DNA from: Tubiluchus corallicola
Lineage: Eukaryota > Animalia > Priapulida
DNA length: 64,000 nt
Assembly (NCBI GenBank): GCA_030141605.1
Contig: JAQGDQ010000425.1
Location: 135,822-199,821, forward strand
Reading direction: 5' to 3'
The notes beneath the pieces were generated by a model. That model ran no database searches. It was not told the origin of the DNA and saw only the letters and a program-made list of their open reading frames with translations. Shown here in pieces: positions 56,589 to 64,000 of the stretch (its first letter is position 1; each line of letters starts with the position of its first letter). The translations under genes and the position numbers were made by a program.

Positions 56589-59500
56589 ACACAGTGGCAC
56601 TATAAACTGTACGAACGAATATGGAAAGTTAATCTGTAATTCACCCAATTGTTCATGTGCGTGATACATTATTGTTTTAACACACAAACCATATTACCAT
56701 ACGAAACCTCAACAACTCTGACCCCAAAAAGTGAAACGTTTAACGTGAACGTGGATCCATGTCAAAAATAATAAAGGATTTACACCTAGCAGTGTGAGAC
56801 ATTTGTACACTGAAACTTTGATTTCACACGCAATCAACACAAAAGCTACAAACTACTATCCCGTGTTTGCTTGTGTGGTCGAAACCAACACGAGTTCGAC
56901 GCCTTGCTTGGTAGTAACAAGAAGCGTGAGAAATTGCAGGTTAGCGAGAACGGTTGCCCTAGTCTGATAGAACTGAAGATGATTTTACGTGAATTTAGAT
57001 TACAATTTCTTCAACTCTCACAGTGTTACTGTTTGCATTTAATAAAAGGTATCTAAACACATACATACAAATGCAATAATTTTTCACTGAAAGCTGCTCA
57101 GTAAATACCATGGAAATTATGCCTACGTGTCACTTCACTAAACGAAAAACCGACTTTATAGTTTTACAATCCGTGCCTGGATAGTTATGTTTGGAGAACT
57201 ACACTATTTAGCAGTACAAATAAGCCTGCAGACTAAATATGTAGACTAAAAATTAATACTATTAGGTTCCTGCTGCAGTGTTTAATAACTGATTAAAATC
57301 TTATACAAACGAGCAATATTTTATTGCTTATTTCTGGCATTGCACATTTTAACAGGCTAAAAACATGCAAATAATTGAAAACAAATAAATGCGTTGAATT
57401 GTACAAGATATTCACAAAAAATGTACAGCACACTATTAAGAACAACAGCAATCCAGATAACACGATCAAATAAAAAATTAAATCATGTGCAAAATATCAA
57501 AATCTATAGGTACAAAAATATTACTGAACCGGGTGAAATAAAAACATGTTATGTACTGCAAAATTCGAGTAGATGTTGCCAAGTATTTAACAGCAAGTAC
57601 TACAAACTATTTACAAACTTTAACACAAGTCTTTAGACGTGGACAATAATATATAAGTAAATGCTAGCACACCACAAGCAGTTGTGCAACCTGTAATTAA
57701 TATACAGAGGTTTAGCTGCTGTATGAACGTGAACAACAACAAAATACTTATAGTACACCATAAGTAGTTGTGCTTTCATTTATTATAAAGAACTTTTGCT
57801 GCTCATCAAACGTAAATATACATAAATAATTTTACTGGCATATATTACTGCTCCATCTAAGAATAAGATATGGATTTAAATTAGTTAATCTGTGAACTAA
57901 ATAAAGATTTTTAAGCTAAACAATAAGCAGTTTATCCATGTGAATATCCGTTTACATGGAAATAAACAATAAGTTAATATTCATGTGTACATTCATTCAC
58001 ACATGAATAAAATCAAATTGATATTCATGTGTATATTCGCTCACATGTGAATAAACAAGAAGTTTACAGTCATGTGTATATTCTCTTCGTGTGAATAAAC
58101 ATTGAATGAATATTCGGACGTACAAGTTTTTAAAAAAAGCATGTACGCGCACACATGCGCACACATATACACAAGGATACGTGTGTGCATGTGTAGTGGA
58201 TATATACGCTCGTACACGCATACACGCATGAACAAAATTAACATGACCTGCTCGATGCATTTTAATTTTGCTGTGTAAACTCATCAGTAGCAACCCAGAA
58301 GGTTTAATTTAACTAGACCAACTTGTATAACAGGTCGGAGAAAGCTCTTGGATAAACAGGATAAACAAACAAACAAGCTTGTAAACAAACACATCAACAC
58401 CGTGACCTGCCCAATCTAAAGTTCAGTTATTAGGCTCACATGACCCATGTGTCATGACACGGAAATTTGAATTACTAAAAAAACTGGGTTTAACTAGATA
58501 TGACTTCACATCTTGCGATGATAACAAAATTTCATCAAAATGATACGAAAAAATCTGAACAGTTGAAGTAACTTATAATCTATGGATACAATCACAGATG
58601 GTATAATAAAAAGAATTATGTTTCTATTATTTTTTATTTTATTTTATGTTTATTTCAGCACATAAAAATTGCCATAGAAAATAACCAGATATTTCAACAA
58701 GCACATCACTATTTTGTTATTCAAAAGATAAAACATTTTGACATAATTACAATGAACAATGAAAATAAAAATTATTTTATTGTTATTGTTATTATTATTA
58801 TTATTATTACTATTATTATTATTCCACTTTGCAGCCAATTAGAGAAATAATAATAAGACAGATTGTAAGCCACAGTTTAAAATGCAAGTGCGCCTGTTGA
58901 GATTTAGCAGAACTTCTAACGCACCACAAATAGTTCATGGCATGTGATGGGGCATGCTTACACACCACAAACAGTTACTGGAGATATTATGCGTACCATT
59001 TATAGATAATTTTCATTATTAAAAGTGACCATTAACATTCAAAATAAACAGACCAGGACTTGAGTAAAAGTTCTTCTGTTTTTTCAGTTGCTCAAAAACG
59101 AAATCAAAGCTTTCTTTTGCCAGAAATCTGCCAGTATTTTGAGTCAGTTTCAGTAAACCAAGTTACTGCATTGAGTAACAATTTTTCAACCTTTTTCAGT
59201 CACCGTAAAACAAAAACAAACCTTTCAAATGCATTACGAGTATTTTGAGTCATTTCGAGTAACCTATATTACTCATCACTCATTCCTAAATTCCATGTTT
59301 TCACCGTCGGGGCTGCAGAAGTGCTATATTCAAATAGCTACGCTGCCCAAATTAAGTAACAATTTTTTTAGTCTTTTTCGGGCTCTCTGAAAAAATCAAA
59401 GATTTCGCCTATTTGTCTAGAAGCCACTACAATAGTTGATTGCTAAAACTGAAAACACCAGATATTCACTTCAAAATTCCTCTTCAATCTAGAATGGTTC

Positions 59501-59860
59501 ACACGGGGGGAGGGACTTGCAGCGTTGCATAAAATTATAATCACACAGGACGTGGATGCGACGAAATAATGACTGGTCCATGACAGTGTTCTGGTTAATG
59601 CCCTTATACAGGGTGTCCCGGAAGTTCAGCACTCAGACTGTACGTCCCAGAATAAAAAAACTTGGAAAGTTGGTTCGTTTTGTTTTTAGTTTATCCTTAG
59701 TCAATAGGTACCAAAAAAAGATAATTATTTATACATGGTGCTGTCATAAGGCACAAGTTTTAAAGTAAAAGCAAAATTGTCTTGATTTTCTTATTTCATT
59801 AAAATGTTGTAGAGTTGTAAAAATCACCAAGGTCTTCAAAGAGTGTTTTTAAGAATAAGC

Positions 59861-60377
<517 letters not shown>

Positions 60378-60906
60378 GTAACATTATTCAACATAATTGA
60401 ATAAGCATTTTCGCAGTTTTGCTGTGCGCGCGACCACTTTTCGTAAGTCAGAGGTTTAAGTGTACGACAGCAATGCTTGTTAACTACAACCACAGTTGCC
60501 ACATCAATCAGTAACATGAGTTGTTTTACGTCGACTTTACTTAATTATGCATTAGTCTGTGCTTAGAGTAATTTACTGGCAAGATCTTGCCTGGGAACAA
60601 GAAAAAATGAACTAGGTAAGATGCTGTTAAAACTATTACTGTTACAATAACATGGGCTGTGAGGCATTGTCAAGTGTAGACAAATGATACACCTAACCTT
60701 CGATCTCTTCACGATCATCACCAATCGCTGGAGCTGTGAAAAGGCTTATTTTGGTATTGGGGTACAGGGTGTTCTGAAACAAACAGTGCACTAAGGAACG
60801 CTACATATAAGCATCAACATTGCACAATTCAAGGTCCAATGGTGAGAGCATCCACTTCCAGAATTTATTTAATCTCTTATTTAATTATTATGACATTAAT
60901 GACAAG

Positions 60907-61230
60907 AATATCATTAATAAAGTTACAAACCTACAATTAATAAAATTTTGATATTAAACTTGAAAGACTAGGATGTAACCTGGATTTGAACCAGGAACCT
61001 TGCGCTTGCAGTGGAGCTGTCTTAATCAGGTTTGCCAGTTATACAGATTGAACTTTGGACTACGTCGACCACATGGAACTGTGGTGACCCATTGATTAAG
61101 GCTGCTGCCTTGCAAGCAGAAGCTCACTGGTTCAAATCCATACTGTATCACAATTTTTTGCACTTTATGTCTTTCAAGTTTGGTATCAAGATTTATAAAA
61201 ATGTAGATTTGTGACATTATTTATAATATT
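60907..61230. mobile_element. Palindromic element, about 324 bp, with two divergent tRNA-like cassettes
   Basis: Arms are inverted homologues (outer 30 bp match 24 of 30; AAACTTGAAAGAC and TGGATTTGAACCAG shared). B boxes at 60982-60992 (minus) and 61129-61139 (plus). Confidence 0.75.
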
Positions 61231-63101
61231 TTACTATATGATTTAAACTAGGTTGTGCTTCTTTATGATTTGACCACTGGTCAGCATAATCGTTTTCAGT
61301 ATTCATTGTATCAGCATATTCCTACTGTGCTGTTTGTTTTGGAACAGCTTTTATAGGTTTTACCTGTCAAATGTAGATCTGTGTTAACTCAAATGCAGAC
61401 TTAAGTGGTTGAAATGTGTTAACAATGGTTTTCAACAAATTTTAATAGGGTGAAATAAAGCGTCTTCTTGCAGATATTAGAGAAAATCTTCTAGTGCAGA
61501 ATAACGGTCAGAGAATGGCAATATTAGCTCAGTTGGCAGAACAGTCTGTTAATATCATAACGGCCGCAGATGCAGGCCATTTTGTAATTTGCACTTAAAT
61601 GAGTTAATTATCGATTTATTCAAAGTACCGCATCTACATTTGACTTACCCGAGTCATATTTGAACTTTCCTGTGTCTACATTTGACGTGTAAAACCTTTA
61701 TCATGCCACGCCAAATGTAAATTCATTATTTCAATAATCGCAATAAGATTCATGTCATATCAAGTATGAGCAAACGAACTGCCCTACCCTTCCACTTGAA
61801 AAACTTGAAAACTTGACTCACCAAATTTGCTCGATGATAAGATTTGCACCGGGTGAAAGAGTTAACCTATTTAACACTTTACCAACTGATAATGTGATAG
61901 AACGCTGCAGGTGTCAAAGCATTGATGCGATTAATACTTCCGAATGTTCTACATTTTACAACGCTGAAGTCAATTCGTTTGAATTACTTGTTAACTGCAC
62001 AATGTTAGAACTCTTCAATGAACTCGAACTACAATTTTCTGACACGTAAAATGAGCCCCAGTTGTAAATATTTCTAATACGTGAATTAAAAACATCAATC
62101 TTCCCAGGCAGAGCTTTCATAGTCTTCCATACTTAGCAGTATCAAACCAGTCCCACATAAGTTTTACCAAATAATTGGTCATTACTATATAATACTAATA
62201 TTAATAAGGCGAAATTAGGGTAAATCTTTAGTGCTTAGCGTGCGTATAATAACGATTAATAGGGCATATCGATCTCTCAAGATCAATAATAAGCCGACAA
62301 AGAGCTGACTGTAACTAATTCTATATTAGTGAAATTTCTCACTGTGTCTTAAAACATAATAATTAGACATTTGAATCGTAATAATAAGCGTTGAACTGAG
62401 CTCACAGTTTTTCCAGATATACCAAATTTGGAAAGTTACAAATTATCAAGTTAAAGAATAAATATCAAACGTTATCACCGCAGTTTACATCTACAAAGGT
62501 ACGTTGCTAGGCTCTTTACATTTACATTTAGAGGCCCACGCAATATTTAACGTATCTATGCCTATTTACATATAGCCCATAGTTACGCATGTGGCCCATC
62601 CAAATGTCAGAGTCCCAGACAGTGGATACAATAAACAGCAACTAAATTACTTTATTATTAAGTTTTAGGCCTACACAAAAATCTGTGAAAATAAGCCTAT
62701 AGTAAGTATCCAAAAAAGTTTAGGAAATAAATAATTATTAACAATGTAGGCCTACTTACCCACATAAAGGCTTAATGTTATAATCCAAGTTGGTTCGTTA
62801 AAGCCAAATTCTTCAATTTAAATCACTAATAATCATTTATGTACAGAACTCAAAAAACAACAACATTCTAACTAGGCAATGTGACTACCTACAGGTGTAA
62901 TTCACTGAGACAGGTAGACTAGAGATACTAATCACAGGTAGATTTTCACGTTCACACAATAACACATGTGTTCAGGTAAGTGATGCTGAGTTCTCTCTCC
63001 TACCTCTCTCTACACACCTGTTCAAACGACAATCTGTACTGTTAGATACCTGCCGGGTGCATTCACCTTGATGTGAGTGAGCATCAATGAACTGAAAGGC
63101 T

Positions 63102-63126
63102 GCTACCATGGTAATGCGCATGCGCC
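63102..63126. promoter_or_regulatory. Adjacent X-box-like and NRF1-like motifs (possible promoter)
   Basis: GCTACCATGGTAAT overlapping TGCGCATGCGCC. Confidence 0.4.
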
Positions 63127-64000
63127 GTTTCACTCTGATCAACTACACTAATATTGTAGCTGATATAAGCATTTTTAAGACTGAACACCTGCGCAGTTTT
63201 ATTGTGTTTTTGCTTGTTTGTTTGTTTGTTCGTTTGTTCGATTGTTTGCTTGTTTATTAGTTCTTTTGCACTGTTTATTTCATCGTTTATTCATTAAAGA
63301 CAAAGCAACAGAAGTCAAAATAAAAAGAGGAAACAAAAAGTAGCTGAGATGAAAGAAGATCGTAGGGAAGAAGGAAGAGAAAGAAAAGGAACAGAAGAAT
63401 CCTATTATACGCCAGACAAAAAATTTAAATTGACTTTCAAATTTCAAGTATGGTAACGACGATGATGATGATGATGACAAAAATAAGTAAGCAAGTTATT
63501 TTGGGGATAGGTGAATAACACAGTGGTTACAGCACACGTGCTGCGGCCAAAATAAATTAATCCTGTTAGTCAGTAAATGAGTGGGAGACTGCCTGGGTTC
63601 AATACTCGTTCAATGGCTTTCTTTGGACACTGATTGTAGTCCCATCGTGGTAAGACATCTCCGTCAATTCCAACGGTTCATCTCAGAGAGAACTAATTAT
63701 GACTCTTCGATAATAAATCAGATTCTGAATGCTTCATCACAATATTGAGCAGGCTCTGCCCTACAGTTGAGTACTGGATTCTTTCTTGCAGAACACTTAA
63801 AGGTAAAAAAAATATATAAGTTTGAGAGTGCTAAGTATGATGACGATGATCAAAGCTAGTTGATGGACATTGATTTGTGCATTTTATAGCTTTGCTTAGT
63901 TGTTGTAGAGGAGTTGTAATAAGCGTTACGCTTAAACTTGATATATTCTTACTGATAAAAAAGGTGTCATAATGTAATGAGAACTACGAATCTTTAACTA

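Noticed and set aside
61515-61580. tRNA gene (TAGCTCAGTTGGCAGAAC)
   Set aside because: A box only; no B box or cloverleaf.
63792-63802. 11-nt micro-exon candidate (cag|AACACTTAAAG|gta)
   Set aside because: Joining it to either donor of the 63349 candidate exon creates an immediate stop; unsupported as coding.

Overview
AT-rich, repeat-rich animal genomic DNA, probably from an invertebrate bilaterian; the taxon cannot be fixed from this window. Most entries in the ORF track are noise. Reading exons by hand gives four genes. (1) The 5' part of a minus-strand SRGAP (SLIT-ROBO Rho GAP) gene: exon 1 is at 44035-43972, two further candidate alternative N-termini with matching phase-1 donors lie at 30307-29246 and 18293-18242, and exon 2 was not found (probably left of the window). 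(2) A complete four-exon FAM72 gene (44456-46820), head-to-head with SRGAP with 420 bp between start codons, the same arrangement as the mammalian SRGAP2-FAM72 pair. (3) An intact, intronless, diverged CLEC16A-family ORF (824 aa) nested antisense in SRGAP intron 1, probably a retrogene, preceded by RFX X-box and CRE-like motifs. (4) A small three-exon gene (144 aa) with a ZNF653/ZNF692-type N-terminal motif but no zinc fingers. The rest is MITEs (hAT, Tc1/mariner, CACTA-like, Kolobok-like), LINE tails, micro/minisatellites, and a palindromic repeat family whose two arms each carry a tRNA-like Pol III cassette. All homology calls come from recalled protein sequences; no database search was run.
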